DNA from: a virus
IMG/VR virus record: IMGVR_UViG_3300045988_183115
DNA length: 64,000 nucleotides
Direction: 5' to 3' (one strand)
The position numbers were made by a program, and so were the translations under genes. Positions 41,791 through 51,701 of the stretch are shown here, one piece after another. The notes under the pieces are model-generated. The model was given only the letters and a program-made list of their open reading frames with translations, ran no database searches and was not told the DNA's origin. Position 1 is the first letter of the stretch. Every line of letters starts with the position of its first letter.

Positions 41791-42942
41791 ATGAGAGAAA
41801 ACAAAATTTTAGAAAATGTAACAGTATTAAACAAGGTTGACAACAGACAGTATTTAATTACATCTGTTACCGATGGCGTAGGAACGGCTTGTCTTTTAGA
41901 AAATGGTGAAGTAAACGAGGATATATCTGTTATGATATCATCATCTAACGCAATTGCTTTTAGACTTATCAGCAATCCTAATATTCCAGATATTCCAGAT
42001 GGATATTCAGTAGAAGACGGAATTTTACTTAAGGATGGTGTTGCTGCTACACAGCAGGGTTCACTGGTAATTAAGAGTATCGTTACATCTGTTCCAGGTA
42101 AGCTTTTATTATCTGTATTACCTAGAGAAAACACAACAGAACATGATGATTATATTGATTTATTTGCTTATAAGCCGGATGAGGATAAGTTTAAGAAACT
42201 TATTCCAGTTTCAATTCCAATGCCGGAAGTTATAGGTGTATGTGACAAATATGTGATACTAAAGACTTCCTATACACACTTTGAAACAAAGAAGGATTTT
42301 AATGGAAAAGATATTTTCGCTGAATATTTTGATAATGCTGAAATTATCGTTTATGATGGTGCAAAGAATTATATTTCAAGTTATTTAATGCTTGATGCAC
42401 CAATAAATAATGTCATTACTGTAAGAAATTCAATGAATGTACCTACATGGGTCATTGAATATACAGAGCAGGTATGTGATAATAATTATTATAATCCTGA
42501 TTGTGATTGTGGTTATGACTGCGAAAATGATTGTGGAGATTATGATGAATGCAATAATTGTGATTATCATTTAGATACAATTACTAATACTAAGGAATTA
42601 ATCGAAATGGATCATATTAAAGCAGAAATGATTGCTCTTAATGGTGGTACATTAATGAGGCTCAATAGTATTAATATCCCTTCACATATTAAATCTGTTT
42701 CAATTGGTTGGAATAGTGCTGATTTTATCAGACTTGAAGACAGAATTATGATTGGAGAGTATGTTGATAAAATCATTACTGATTCAAAGATAATGTCTGC
42801 AGTTGAAGGATATGATTGGATTGTCGATACAAGTAAGGAAGATAATGTAACAAGAATTGCTCTTGCAAACGACAATATGGAAATCAAGTATATTGTTATT
42901 ACTGAAACATCAGATAGAGGAGACGTTGTTAAGGTAGAATAA
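41791..42942 (+). CDS. hypothetical protein, paralogue 2 with Cys/Asp-rich insertion
   Basis: 383 aa, homologous to 40609..41658 at both ends. Contains the extra segment CDNNYYNPDCDCGYDCENDCGDYDECNNCDYHLD. Confidence 0.65.
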   Translation: MRENKILENVTVLNKVDNRQYLITSVTDGVGTACLLENGEVNEDISVMISSSNAIAFRLISNPNIPDIPDGYSVEDGILLKDGVAATQQGSLVIKSIVTSVPGKLLLSVLPRENTTEHDDYIDLFAYKPDEDKFKKLIPVSIPMPEVIGVCDKYVILKTSYTHFETKKDFNGKDIFAEYFDNAEIIVYDGAKNYISSYLMLDAPINNVITVRNSMNVPTWVIEYTEQVCDNNYYNPDCDCGYDCENDCGDYDECNNCDYHLDTITNTKELIEMDHIKAEMIALNGGTLMRLNSINIPSHIKSVSIGWNSADFIRLEDRIMIGEYVDKIITDSKIMSAVEGYDWIVDTSKEDNVTRIALANDNMEIKYIVITETSDRGDVVKVE

Positions 42943-42975
42943 TAAAATAATTAACAATTAAATAATGTGTATTTA

Positions 42976-43011
42976 TACACCAGTTGAGATTAGTCAACTG
43001 GTGTATTTTTT
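42976..43011 (+). terminator. rho-independent terminator
   Basis: TACACCAGTTGAGATTAGTCAACTGGTGTATTTTTTC. Confidence 0.85.
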
Positions 43012-43024
43012 CTGTCATGTATTA
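43007..43024 (+). promoter_or_regulatory. conserved promoter-like motif
   Basis: TTTTTTCTGTCATGTATT lies ~36 nt upstream of 43054. Confidence 0.55.
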
Positions 43025-43053
43025 ATTATAAAATTTATAAAGGAGGAAATTTA

Positions 43054-44847
43054 ATGTCAATGTTTGAACATGTAAAAATTGGAGAATTAACAAAAAAGGT
43101 TATTGAGTCAGGAGTTACAGTGTGTGAACATAACCATCCAGGAGGCTCTTTGTTTGATGCCGTAGATGAACCTAAAAGTTATTTAGATGCTGCATTTAAT
43201 GCAGGATATACTAAATTTGCTGTTACGGACCATGCATCATTTTCAGCAATGCAAACATGTATTGATTACGCTAAGAAAATAAGTACTGAGGAACATCCTT
43301 TTAATATCATTTATGGCGTAGAGGCTTATATTGAAGTGCCACCATTTAAGATAAATGAGCAGATTGGCCATATGATTATGTTAGCCACTTCAGAAAGAGG
43401 CAAACATATTATTGATAAGTTAAATTCTAAGGCTTCTGAAAAAAGAATGGGAAAGCCTGTTATTACAATATCAGATTTAAAGAAATATAACTTTAACGGT
43501 GATATAATAGCAACTTCTGCTTGCGTTTCGGGTGCACCAGCTCTGCAATTATTATCAGATGATGTTTTGGATAAAATGATTAACAGAGAAAGAAAAGCAC
43601 AGCAGCATACTACTGAAAAAGACGAGCTAGTTATACGTGATTGTATAAGTCCTGATGATAAAGAATATCTTTCAGCTAAAGATGAATTTGAAAGGGTATC
43701 GGCAGATTTAGATGAATTGATTAATATTCGTGATTCCAAGGAACTTAAATCAGAAAGAACACAGATTTCAAGAAAATTAAGAGATGCAAGAAAGTGTTTA
43801 AATGATGATGATCCAGAGCTTATTAAACTGATTAACGAATATGAGGAGATAAATAATAAAATTCTGGAAGCTAAAGATAAAATTCCTAATGTCAGAAAAT
43901 TAGTTAATGCTAAGAAAGCCGAGTTAAAGGATATAAGTCTTAAAGTAGAGGAATATATTAATCATGAAAATAAGATACAGCATTATGAATCATTAAAGAA
44001 AAGCCCAATAGAATTAATGTCTGAAGCAGAAAAGACAATGCTTTTTTATCAGGAAATTTTTGGAGCAGGTAATTATTACATTGAAGTTCAGAATCATGGG
44101 CTTGAAATGGAAAGCAGAACATATCCTGTGTTAGCTCAGTTAGCAAGGAAGCATAATATCCCATTAGTTGCTGCTAATGATGCACATATGGCAGATAATT
44201 CTGATAGAAGTATTGATATGCGTAATGTAGCTAAATTTTTAAGATTTATTAAGATAAGTGAGTCGGAATCAGATAAAGAGTTATATGTAAAAACACCTTA
44301 CGAACTTGCTCAGGCCTTATCAGCTATATTAACAGATGATCAGGTTGCAGAAGCACTCAATAACTTAAATGTAATTGGAAAAAGATGTGCTTATATTCCA
44401 GAAAAATCTAATCATTATCCAGTATTTGATAAGAACAAGGACTCAAACGAATTATTAAGATCTGAAGCAATTAAGGGAATTAATTGGAGATATCCTAACG
44501 GGAAAGGATGGGATGAAGAACATCAGAAACGAATGGAATACGAACTTAATATTATCATTCAGATGGGCTTTGCCGATTATCATTTAATTGTAAAGGACTT
44601 CCTGGAATATGGAAGAATTTGTGGATTAGTACCTATGGATAAACTATCAGAAGTACCTTTAACAATTGAAGGTGCAAAAGAGTATGTTAAGGCTCACAAT
44701 TATAATACCGGAATTGGAATAGGCATTGGAAGAGGTTCAGGTGCCGGTTCATTGGTTACATATTTACTTGGTATTACCGGAATTGATCCATTTAAGTATA
44801 ATCTGATTTTTGAACGATTCTTAAATCCAGAAAGAGTAAGTATGCCT
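43054..44847 (+). CDS. dnaE: DNA polymerase III alpha (DnaE-type), exon 1: PHP domain + coiled-coil insert + palm N-part, up to the SMP of the SMPDxDxD motif
   Basis: PHP-like N-terminus. [15 protein letters not shown] and [15 protein letters not shown] match Dna[41 protein letters not shown] matches the DnaE palm. The ORF reads through into the intron to 44895. Confidence 0.8.
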
Positions 44848-45787
44848 AAATATATTGGGCGTTCAGCGTGGACTCTAACTCAGAGGTGTGCTTAATATTT
44901 TATTATTAAGTGCTAACGGTAGAAGTTGAATAAGACTGCTATATAAAGTGTCACAACAGGATATATAGCTTAACCCATAGACGAAGCAGCTTCGTAAGAG
45001 AACCTACGGTCCTAATATTTTTATATAAAAGATATTGAAGGATAGCAGGCGATACCGTGCTAAGATTATAAATAATATTATATAAATAAGGAGGTGTATA
45101 TTTATGATAGATTATATCAATTTTACATCATTCCTTGAAAAAGGTGAAAAAATAGTAGAAATTAAAAATCACCACGAATATTACATAACTTCATATGGAA
45201 AGATTTTTAGTATAAAACAAGGGAAAATTCGACAACTTAAACCTTTTTTAGATAGTAAAAAGAATTACAGGATGATAAGATTAGATAATAAAAAATATTT
45301 ATTGCATCGATTAGTTGCGATGAATTTTATTCCTAATCCTTATAATCTACCAGAAGTTAATCATAAAGACAAAAATAAACAAAATTGTAAGGTGAATAAT
45401 TTAGAATGGTGTACTAGAAAAGACAATTTATATGATAGTTATAAAACTATGTCTCCTGTAAGAAATTATAAGTGTTGTAAATTATATAAAGGAGATATAT
45501 TAATTGATAGATTTGAAAGCATATTAGCAGCAGCTCGATATGCTAAAGAAAAATATAACGCAAGTTATTCCTCAATGCATAAATATTTAAAATGGAATGA
45601 CTTAAAAATTGTTCGTATATAATATTATTTATTTTAAAGTGTAACGACTATCCTTTTTAAGGAGTACAACTGAGAATGGTTACAGTTGGAAGTGCGTTGA
45701 AATATAATATTAACAATATTATATTGAGATATAGTCTAATCCCACTTATACAAGTGTTAAAGTACTACGAAAGTAGGGGTATATTTG
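44848..45787 (+). mobile_element. group I-like self-splicing intron interrupting dnaE, carrying an HNH homing endonuclease ORF
   Basis: Protein homology places the junction at SMP|DIDSD. The 5' exon ends in U (44847) and the intron ends in G (45787), as group I splicing requires. The flanks of the endonuclease ORF are GC-richer and look structured. Confidence 0.6.
45104..45622 (+). CDS. HNH homing endonuclease (intron-encoded)
   Basis: YRMIRLDNKKYLLHRLVAMNFIPNP...EVNHKDKNKQNCKVNNLEWCTRKDN is a classic HNH_3-type phage homing endonuclease signature. RBS is AAGGAGG. Confidence 0.8.
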   Translation: MIDYINFTSFLEKGEKIVEIKNHHEYYITSYGKIFSIKQGKIRQLKPFLDSKKNYRMIRLDNKKYLLHRLVAMNFIPNPYNLPEVNHKDKNKQNCKVNNLEWCTRKDNLYDSYKTMSPVRNYKCCKLYKGDILIDRFESILAAARYAKEKYNASYSSMHKYLKWNDLKIVRI

Positions 45788-46543
45788 GATATCGATAGTG
45801 ATCTTGCTCTTGGAGTAAGAGAAAAGACAATTGAGTATGTAAGAGCTAAATATGGTAGTGAAGCTGTTGTTGGAATTATTACAGAATCAAGACAGCAGGC
45901 TAAAGGTGCTATCAGAGATGCTGCAAGATATTATGGAAAGAAAGCTTATGATGATGAAAAGAAATTCTTATCTTTAGGAGATCAGATTCGTAAGAAAGTG
46001 CCTGCTAAAGCAACTAATTTTGAAGATATTGTTGGCATGAAAGATACTAATAAGGTTGATGAATTAGGCATTAATATTCAGGACAGCATTTCTTTGTTAG
46101 ATTTCTTAAAGGATGAATATAATAGTAATCCAGATGCTATTTCTATTCTTAATATTGCAGCTCATTGTGAAGGTATGCTTACGACATACGCACAACATGC
46201 CGCAGGTGTTATTATTTATGATAGTAATGATGTTACTGATTATATTCCTATTAGAGATGGAAAAAAGGGAATTAAAACTACAGAAATGGACATGATTCAG
46301 TGCGAAGCTAATGGATTATTAAAAATGGATTTTCTTGGATTAAAAACTCTTACAATTATTACTGACACACTCAGAATGATTCAGAGAGATACAGGAGAAG
46401 TAATTGATGTAATGAATATTCCATTAGAGGGTCCTAAAGCTGATAAGGTATACAAAGAAGTATATGCAAAAGGAAGAACTAAGAATGTTTTCCAGTTTGA
46501 GTCAGCCGGTATGAGAAATAACCTTAAGAAGTTATGCTCATAG
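45788..46543 (+). CDS. dnaE: DNA polymerase III alpha (DnaE-type), exon 2 (palm/thumb segment), ends with its own stop codon
   Basis: DIDSDLALGVREKTIEYVRAKYGSEAVVGIITESRQQAKGAIRDAARYYG and VFQFESAGMRNNLKKL are colinear with the E. coli DnaE region after SMPDFDVDF through GVFQLESRGM. Confidence 0.8.
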   Translation, partial: DIDSDLALGVREKTIEYVRAKYGSEAVVGIITESRQQAKGAIRDAARYYGKKAYDDEKKFLSLGDQIRKKVPAKATNFEDIVGMKDTNKVDELGINIQDSISLLDFLKDEYNSNPDAISILNIAAHCEGMLTTYAQHAAGVIIYDSNDVTDYIPIRDGKKGIKTTEMDMIQCEANGLLKMDFLGLKTLTIITDTLRMIQRDTGEVIDVMNIPLEGPKADKVYKEVYAKGRTKNVFQFESAGMRNNLKKLCS

Positions 46544-46570
46544 TGAATAGTTAATTGAATATTTTGTATT

Positions 46571-46601
46571 AAAACGCATGTCATTATGATGTGCGTTTTT
46601 T
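46571..46601 (+). terminator. rho-independent terminator after dnaE exon 2
   Basis: AACGCATGTCATTATGATGTGCGTTTTTT. Confidence 0.6.
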
Positions 46602-46614
46602 CTGTCATATTTCT
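46597..46614 (+). promoter_or_regulatory. conserved promoter-like motif
   Basis: TTTTTTCTGTCATATTTCT lies ~40 nt upstream of 46648. Confidence 0.55.
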
Positions 46615-46647
46615 TTTAAATTATAATAAATAAAGGAGAACAATATT

Positions 46648-46884
46648 ATGGAGAAAAATAATAAAACTCTTATGCAACGATTCATTGAGGTTGGATATTC
46701 TGAAAAAGATATGTTTCACCATGAATCAGATTTATATGTATTTGTCACACCAATTACTACTAGAGTTATTAATGAATGGTGTAAGGAAACAGGATTTAAT
46801 AAGGATTGGCATTGCCCTATATTCACAGATCAGATAACTGGGAAACAAATGTATGATTGTGCATTCCAATACTATACTGAATAA
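46648..46884 (+). CDS. hypothetical protein
   Basis: 78-aa ORF with AAAGGAGAA RBS. Confidence 0.5.
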   Translation: MEKNNKTLMQRFIEVGYSEKDMFHHESDLYVFVTPITTRVINEWCKETGFNKDWHCPIFTDQITGKQMYDCAFQYYTE

Positions 46885-46911
46885 AAATAAATAAAGTTTA
46901 AGGAGAAAAAT

Positions 46912-47544
46912 ATGGCAATATTTCATGAACATTTACAATACCATCCAGACACAGTAGAGAAACATAAAATTACAGATAAAGAAATCAAATTTTTGTCTGA
47001 TTTGCAGCATGAATTAAATACACAGGACCATGTAGGACAAGCTGATCCTCGATTTTGGGTTATTATGGGGAAAGAAAAGTGTATTGTTCCAGAAGGATAT
47101 GAAGACGGTGTAACATTAATAGATAATGAGGCAGTCGAAGAAGTTGCTGATAATATTGATGATGCAATTGTATTTTTTAATAAGGAATTTGAAGAAAACG
47201 GTGATTCTTGGGTTATTTCAAAAGAATATGATGGATATTATGTTACATCAAAAGAAGATAATGATTATGAGGAATGTTTAGCTGATCTTGATGATTTAAA
47301 GACTTGGTTGAATGAGCATAATTATGGCAGATATACTTTCACCTGTTATGCATATAGAGATAAAATTTATGAAAACACAATGTTTTTAACAGAAAAGGCA
47401 GCCGCTGAACATCTAAAGGCAAATCATTATCATTACGATGAGTACGCTCATACCTATGCTATGACTGCATGGAGAAGTCCTGAAGTAGAAGATATCATTA
47501 AGATTTTACAGTCAGTAGATTTTTCTGCTATTGTTAGAAAATAA
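46912..47544 (+). CDS. hypothetical protein
   Basis: 210-aa ORF with AAGGAGAAAAA RBS. Confidence 0.55.
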   Translation: MAIFHEHLQYHPDTVEKHKITDKEIKFLSDLQHELNTQDHVGQADPRFWVIMGKEKCIVPEGYEDGVTLIDNEAVEEVADNIDDAIVFFNKEFEENGDSWVISKEYDGYYVTSKEDNDYEECLADLDDLKTWLNEHNYGRYTFTCYAYRDKIYENTMFLTEKAAAEHLKANHYHYDEYAHTYAMTAWRSPEVEDIIKILQSVDFSAIVRK

Positions 47545-47555
47545 AAGAATGATAT

Positions 47556-47611
47556 TATCGCAATTAAGCAAAAAACCCCAACCGACAATAGCCGGTTGTG
47601 GGTAGTTTAAT
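47556..47611 (+). repeat. 56-nt hairpin element, copy E (diverged)
   Basis: TATCGCAATTAAGCAAAAAACCCCAACCGACAATAGCCGGTTGTGGGTAGTTTAAT. The palindrome is CCGGCTATTGTCGG-type with compensatory changes. Confidence 0.65.
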
Positions 47612-47632
47612 TACAAGGATAGGGAAGAGAAT

Positions 47633-48622
47633 ATGATAAATAAAAATATATTAAATATGCCTGAGTATTCATTTTTAAAGGAAAATCAAAATTTAGATAA
47701 GAATATTTGTATACTTGGATTAGGTGGTAGCAGAGCATATGGGACAAATCTTCCAGAAAGCGATATTGATATAAGAGGAGTTGCTGTTAGAAGAAAAGAA
47801 GATATCTTGTTAGGTAATGATTTTGAAAATTTTGTAGATGTTAATACAGATACAACTATTTATAGTTTTGACAAAATTATTGATTTATTAGCTAAATGCA
47901 ATCCAAACACTATTGAACTTTTAGGATTAGATACAGATGATTATATTTATAAAAATGAATTTGGGGAGCTTTTATTAAAAAATAAAGATATTTTTTTATC
48001 GAATAGATGTATTAATACATTTAGTGAATATGCATTACAACAGTTATACCGTATGCAGCAGAAGACCAACGCTGCTTTAACGGAAGAAGAATTAAATAGA
48101 CACATTTCTGGAGTGCTTAATAATATGTCCAAGAAAATGAACGATAAGTACAATTTAGATGAAAATAATGTGTCTTTTTATTTGGTTGACGGCAAAATCA
48201 AATGCAATATTATTGCAACACAGTGTTCAATGGAAGATTTGTCAGGAATGCTTTCAGAATTTAATAACACTTTAAGAGATTACCGGAAAACAAGTAAAAG
48301 GAATGAACATGCATTAAATCATGGTAAAATAGCAAAACATAGTATGCATTTACTTAGATTGTATATGATGGGAATTGATTTAGTTTCTGAAGGGAAAATT
48401 CAAACGAAAAGAATTAAAGAACATGATTTGTTGATGGATATTAGAAATGGTGTATATCTTGATGAAAATGGAATCCCTAATAAACATTTCTTTGAAATAG
48501 TAGATGAATACAAGAATAAGTTTGAAAATGCATGTAAAAACTCTGTATTGCCAGATGAGCCGGATATAGACAAAATCAATACATTTAGAATGGAAGTTAA
48601 TGAGAAAATTGTAAAGTTATAA
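47633..48622 (+). CDS. Pol-beta-superfamily nucleotidyltransferase (minimal NTase fold + C-terminal helical domain)
   Basis: ILGLGGSRAYGTNLPESDIDIRGVAV matches the G[SG]-x9-13-DhD nucleotidyltransferase motif, with a further acidic residue downstream. Length 329 aa. Confidence 0.55.
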   Translation: MINKNILNMPEYSFLKENQNLDKNICILGLGGSRAYGTNLPESDIDIRGVAVRRKEDILLGNDFENFVDVNTDTTIYSFDKIIDLLAKCNPNTIELLGLDTDDYIYKNEFGELLLKNKDIFLSNRCINTFSEYALQQLYRMQQKTNAALTEEELNRHISGVLNNMSKKMNDKYNLDENNVSFYLVDGKIKCNIIATQCSMEDLSGMLSEFNNTLRDYRKTSKRNEHALNHGKIAKHSMHLLRLYMMGIDLVSEGKIQTKRIKEHDLLMDIRNGVYLDENGIPNKHFFEIVDEYKNKFENACKNSVLPDEPDIDKINTFRMEVNEKIVKL

Positions 48623-48627
48623 AATTA

Positions 48628-48660
48628 AACTGGTTACTATTAGTAGCCAGTTTTTTTATT
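48628..48660 (+). terminator. rho-independent terminator
   Basis: AACTGGTTACTATTAGTAGCCAGTTTTTTTAT. Confidence 0.75.
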
Positions 48661-48676
48661 TTTCTGTCATTGTATT
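48659..48676 (+). promoter_or_regulatory. conserved promoter-like motif
   Basis: TTTTTCTGTCATTGTATT lies ~37 nt upstream of 48707. Confidence 0.55.
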
Positions 48677-48706
48677 ATTATAAAATTTAAAAAGGAGAAT
48701 AAAATT

Positions 48707-49165
48707 ATGAAAACTAATGCATTTGAAATTAAGGAAAATAACTTAGAAACAGTAAATGATATGATAGGAGCATTATTGGAAGTGCCTAAGAATTATTTAC
48801 TGCATCCATTAGGACAGAAATGCGCAATTGCAGTTGATAATTACCATAAATGTGTATATTTAGACGATCCTAATATGATGAGCGAGTTTAAATATGAATT
48901 AGAAGAAGATATAAAAGAAAATGATGATTGGAACGGAGCAATCCCTGACGACAGTGATAACCTTGAAAGATTTTCATTTTATTATGTTTGGATAGGATAT
49001 GAGTCAGATTGCGGAGACAATTCAGGAGAATATTCATATTTTTCAAATGAGGATATGGCAAATGATTTCTTTGAATCTTCTAAAAATACTGATAAAACAT
49101 TAGGAACTGCTTCATTTATAAACGGCAGATTAGAACCTGTTAAGGTTATAAAAAGTACATTGTAA
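48707..49165 (+). CDS. hypothetical acidic protein
   Basis: 152-aa ORF with AAAGGAGAATAA RBS. Confidence 0.55.
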   Translation: MKTNAFEIKENNLETVNDMIGALLEVPKNYLLHPLGQKCAIAVDNYHKCVYLDDPNMMSEFKYELEEDIKENDDWNGAIPDDSDNLERFSFYYVWIGYESDCGDNSGEYSYFSNEDMANDFFESSKNTDKTLGTASFINGRLEPVKVIKSTL

Positions 49166-49197
49166 AAAGAAAGGAATTTTATGAAAACTTTAAATAT

Positions 49198-49253
49198 TAT
49201 CGAAGAATTGTAAGAAAACTCCATCCGACAATAGTCGGTTGTGAGTAGTTCAT
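49198..49253 (+). repeat. 56-nt hairpin element, copy F (consensus-like)
   Basis: TATCGAAGAATTGTAAGAAAACTCCATCCGACAATAGTCGGTTGTGAGTAGTTCAT is near-identical to copy D. Confidence 0.75.
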
Positions 49254-49276
49254 GCAAATACAGCAATTAATATAAT

Positions 49277-49294
49277 TGAAAGTGTCATATATGA
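49277..49294 (+). promoter_or_regulatory. promoter-like motif, GTGTCAT variant
   Basis: GAAAGTGTCATATATGAT lies ~48 nt upstream of 49336. Confidence 0.35.
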
Positions 49295-49335
49295 TAATTC
49301 TGATGAAAATAATAACAACTAAAGGAGAATAAGAC

Positions 49336-49593
49336 ATGACAATAATAAGAAATGGTAAGGAAATAAAATTAACATATGACGAAATTTATGCTGCTCATAA
49401 GGAATTTGTTTCAACATGGATGATTAATACAGCTAAAGAGATTATTCAGTCTCAATATCATTCTGATATTACTGAGAATGATTATATTGATATTGGTGAA
49501 GCAGCTTATGATACTTACGCAGAAGGTAACGGTCTTACTGAATATGAAGCTGTTGAAGATGCTGTGGAAAAATTCTTAAGTGAAAGAAATTGA
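49336..49593 (+). CDS. hypothetical protein
   Basis: 85-aa ORF with AAAGGAGAATAA RBS. Confidence 0.5.
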   Translation: MTIIRNGKEIKLTYDEIYAAHKEFVSTWMINTAKEIIQSQYHSDITENDYIDIGEAAYDTYAEGNGLTEYEAVEDAVEKFLSERN

Positions 49594-49630
49594 ATATTTT
49601 GATTTTTCATAACTAAATAAGATTTTTTGA

Positions 49631-49660
49631 AAGCGGGAGACTTATGTTTCCTGCTTTTTT
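49631..49660 (+). terminator. rho-independent terminator
   Basis: AAGCGGGAGACTTATGTTTCCTGCTTTTTTT. Confidence 0.6.
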
Positions 49661-49674
49661 TCTGTCATAAATAT
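49657..49674 (+). promoter_or_regulatory. conserved promoter-like motif
   Basis: TTTTTTCTGTCATAAATAT lies ~34 nt upstream of 49702. Confidence 0.55.
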
Positions 49675-49701
49675 ATTAAAAATTATAAAGGAGAAAAATT
49701 A

Positions 49702-50583
49702 ATGAAAAATATTATGATTTTTGATGGGAATTACATTCTCAGAAGATCTTTTTATGGTGTTCCAGAATTAAAAACCTCAAAGGGATTTCCGACTAATGCA
49801 ATTAAAGGAGCTTTAAATACAATTCTATATATGAAAGAAAAGTATAGTCCTGATGAATTAATTGTTGCGTTTGATACTGCAAAGCCAACTTTCAGGCATT
49901 TAATGTATAACGGGTATAAGGCAACTAGAGATCCTGCACCGGAAGAATTTAAGATTCAGAGACAGGCTATTGTTCCTATTCTTAAAACAATGAATATATG
50001 TGTTATTGAAAAAGAAGGATATGAAGCAGATGATATTATAGGAACAATTTCAACTATTGAAAGTAAAGCCGGAAATAAGGTTAATATTATATCTGCAGAT
50101 CATGATTTGTTACAATTATGTAATGATTTAGTATCATTAGTTGTTCCAAACAACCCGGAAGATATTTGGACTCCGGTAGAAATTATGAATGAGTATTTCG
50201 TTACTCCTAAACAGTTTATTGATGTAAAAACATTAATGGGAGATAAATCGGATAATATTCCTGGAGCTGCAGGTATTGGTCCTAAAACTGCAAGTAAACT
50301 AATACATAAGTATGGAAATTTGTTTAACATATATATGAATATTTCAGATATTGAATCTAATATGTCTAAAGGAAAAAGTATTTCAACTTGTTTAATAAAT
50401 AGTGAAGATAATATTTTGTTGTCAAAAATTTTAGCAACAATAAAAACAGATGTAGAACTTGATGCTTATAACGCTAATGTATCAGATAATATGTTAAATG
50501 AAATTAGTGAGCAGATATTAGGTTTGTATGAACTTAACAGTATTATAAGTATACTTAAAAATGGCAACATTGTTTGCTTATAA
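49702..50583 (+). CDS. 5'-3' exonuclease / flap endonuclease (Pol I 5'-nuclease-like)
   Basis: IFDGNYILRRSFY, YKATRDPAPEEF, EADDIIGTI and the H3TH segment LMGDKSDNIPGAAGIGPKTASKLI are all conserved 53EXO/FEN motifs. ATG at 49702 follows AAAGGAGAAAAA. Confidence 0.85.
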   Translation: MKNIMIFDGNYILRRSFYGVPELKTSKGFPTNAIKGALNTILYMKEKYSPDELIVAFDTAKPTFRHLMYNGYKATRDPAPEEFKIQRQAIVPILKTMNICVIEKEGYEADDIIGTISTIESKAGNKVNIISADHDLLQLCNDLVSLVVPNNPEDIWTPVEIMNEYFVTPKQFIDVKTLMGDKSDNIPGAAGIGPKTASKLIHKYGNLFNIYMNISDIESNMSKGKSISTCLINSEDNILLSKILATIKTDVELDAYNANVSDNMLNEISEQILGLYELNSIISILKNGNIVCL

Positions 50584-50603
50584 TTATATTTAAGGAGAAA
50601 ATC

Positions 50604-51020
50604 ATGATAATTGAAATTTTAACAAATGGTTGGTGTAATATTAAATTCGAAAAGACAAATTGTAGAGTGAACGCTTCATATTTAACTGATGTCCCAAATG
50701 ACTTATTAGATATGTGCATTAATTATTATAACAATAATACGGCATCCTGTTATTTTGATTCTGAAGGCTCTACAGCAACGCTAGTTTTGACACCAGATAC
50801 AGCTTTCATAATTCATGAAGGGGAGCATTTAGGCCTAATTAAACTATTGGAATCACCAAAGGAAATCATTGATTGTATAGTAAAGGAAATTGTAAAACAG
50901 ATTGATTCTGCTGCAAGTTTTTTATCATGTGAATGTAATGATTTATTTCAGTATGAAAAAAGAAAATCTGAATTAATACAAAAATTATATTTTGTACATG
51001 ATAAGAGTGATTCAAATTAA
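50604..51020 (+). CDS. hypothetical protein
   Basis: ATG at 50604 follows TAAGGAGAAAA; the ORF track start at 50574 overlaps the upstream stop. Confidence 0.5.
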   Translation: MIIEILTNGWCNIKFEKTNCRVNASYLTDVPNDLLDMCINYYNNNTASCYFDSEGSTATLVLTPDTAFIIHEGEHLGLIKLLESPKEIIDCIVKEIVKQIDSAASFLSCECNDLFQYEKRKSELIQKLYFVHDKSDSN

Positions 51021-51032
51021 AACAAATGCTTA

Positions 51033-51070
51033 ATAACAAGTACCTATTAATGGGTACTTGTTATTTTATT
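51033..51070 (+). terminator. rho-independent terminator
   Basis: AACAAGTACCTATTAATGGGTACTTGTTATTTTATTTTT. Confidence 0.8.
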
Positions 51071-51086
51071 TTTCTGTCATTTATTT
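51069..51086 (+). promoter_or_regulatory. conserved promoter-like motif
   Basis: TTTTTCTGTCATTTATTT lies ~40 nt upstream of 51120. Confidence 0.55.
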
Positions 51087-51119
51087 ATTATAACAATAAA
51101 TGGAAGGAGAGTAAAAAAT

Positions 51120-51701
51120 ATGATTAAAGAATTTAAGGAATTAGTAAATGCAATAAATTCGCCAGATAATGAATATAGAGAGAATGATTTAGATATGTTA
51201 AATTACAATATGGCCGCATTTGGAGAATATGTACAGATTGTTTATCATCAAAACTATTCAACTCCAATTAAATATGCTACACTTGAGGGAGAAGAATTAC
51301 GAGAAGCTATTCAGTCTATGGATAAAAATCGGAGAATTAAACATGAAGCTGCAATAGCTGCGTGTTCCCAAATCAATAGAGATTGTGAATATTATAATGT
51401 TCCTAAGTTTTGCCCTGAAACAACTGATAGACATATAATCGCAGATTTTTGCGCCCAGATAACGGCTGCTTTTTATCTTGACGGAATCGGTAGAGATGCT
51501 AAAACTATAGATGATGTTATAAAGGCAATGACTCAAAATTGTAAAAGTGTTAATATTAGTAATATAACAAACAATATTGACACAAATGAACTATCAGATA
51601 TTGATTTAGATTTAGGCGGAGAAGATGATGAAGATAAAATTATGCCAGATGTAATTCATACTGAAATTAATAAAGATAACAGAGAGGAAGAAGTAAGATA
51701 A
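51120..51701 (+). CDS. hypothetical protein
   Basis: 193-aa ORF with GGAAGGAGAG RBS. Confidence 0.55.
   Translation: MIKEFKELVNAINSPDNEYRENDLDMLNYNMAAFGEYVQIVYHQNYSTPIKYATLEGEELREAIQSMDKNRRIKHEAAIAACSQINRDCEYYNVPKFCPETTDRHIIADFCAQITAAFYLDGIGRDAKTIDDVIKAMTQNCKSVNISNITNNIDTNELSDIDLDLGGEDDEDKIMPDVIHTEINKDNREEEVR

Noticed and set aside
44848-45103. tRNA genes in the GC-richer non-coding segments (44900..45060, 39620..39880, 58466..58737)
   Set aside because: No cloverleaf could be drawn and there is no GTTCRANYC T-loop box or conserved D-loop GG in any of them. Context (intron flank, IS left end) explains the GC enrichment.
46113-46295. ORF 46113..46295 inside dnaE exon 2
   Set aside because: Out-of-frame overlap with a strongly supported DnaE segment, and no RBS.
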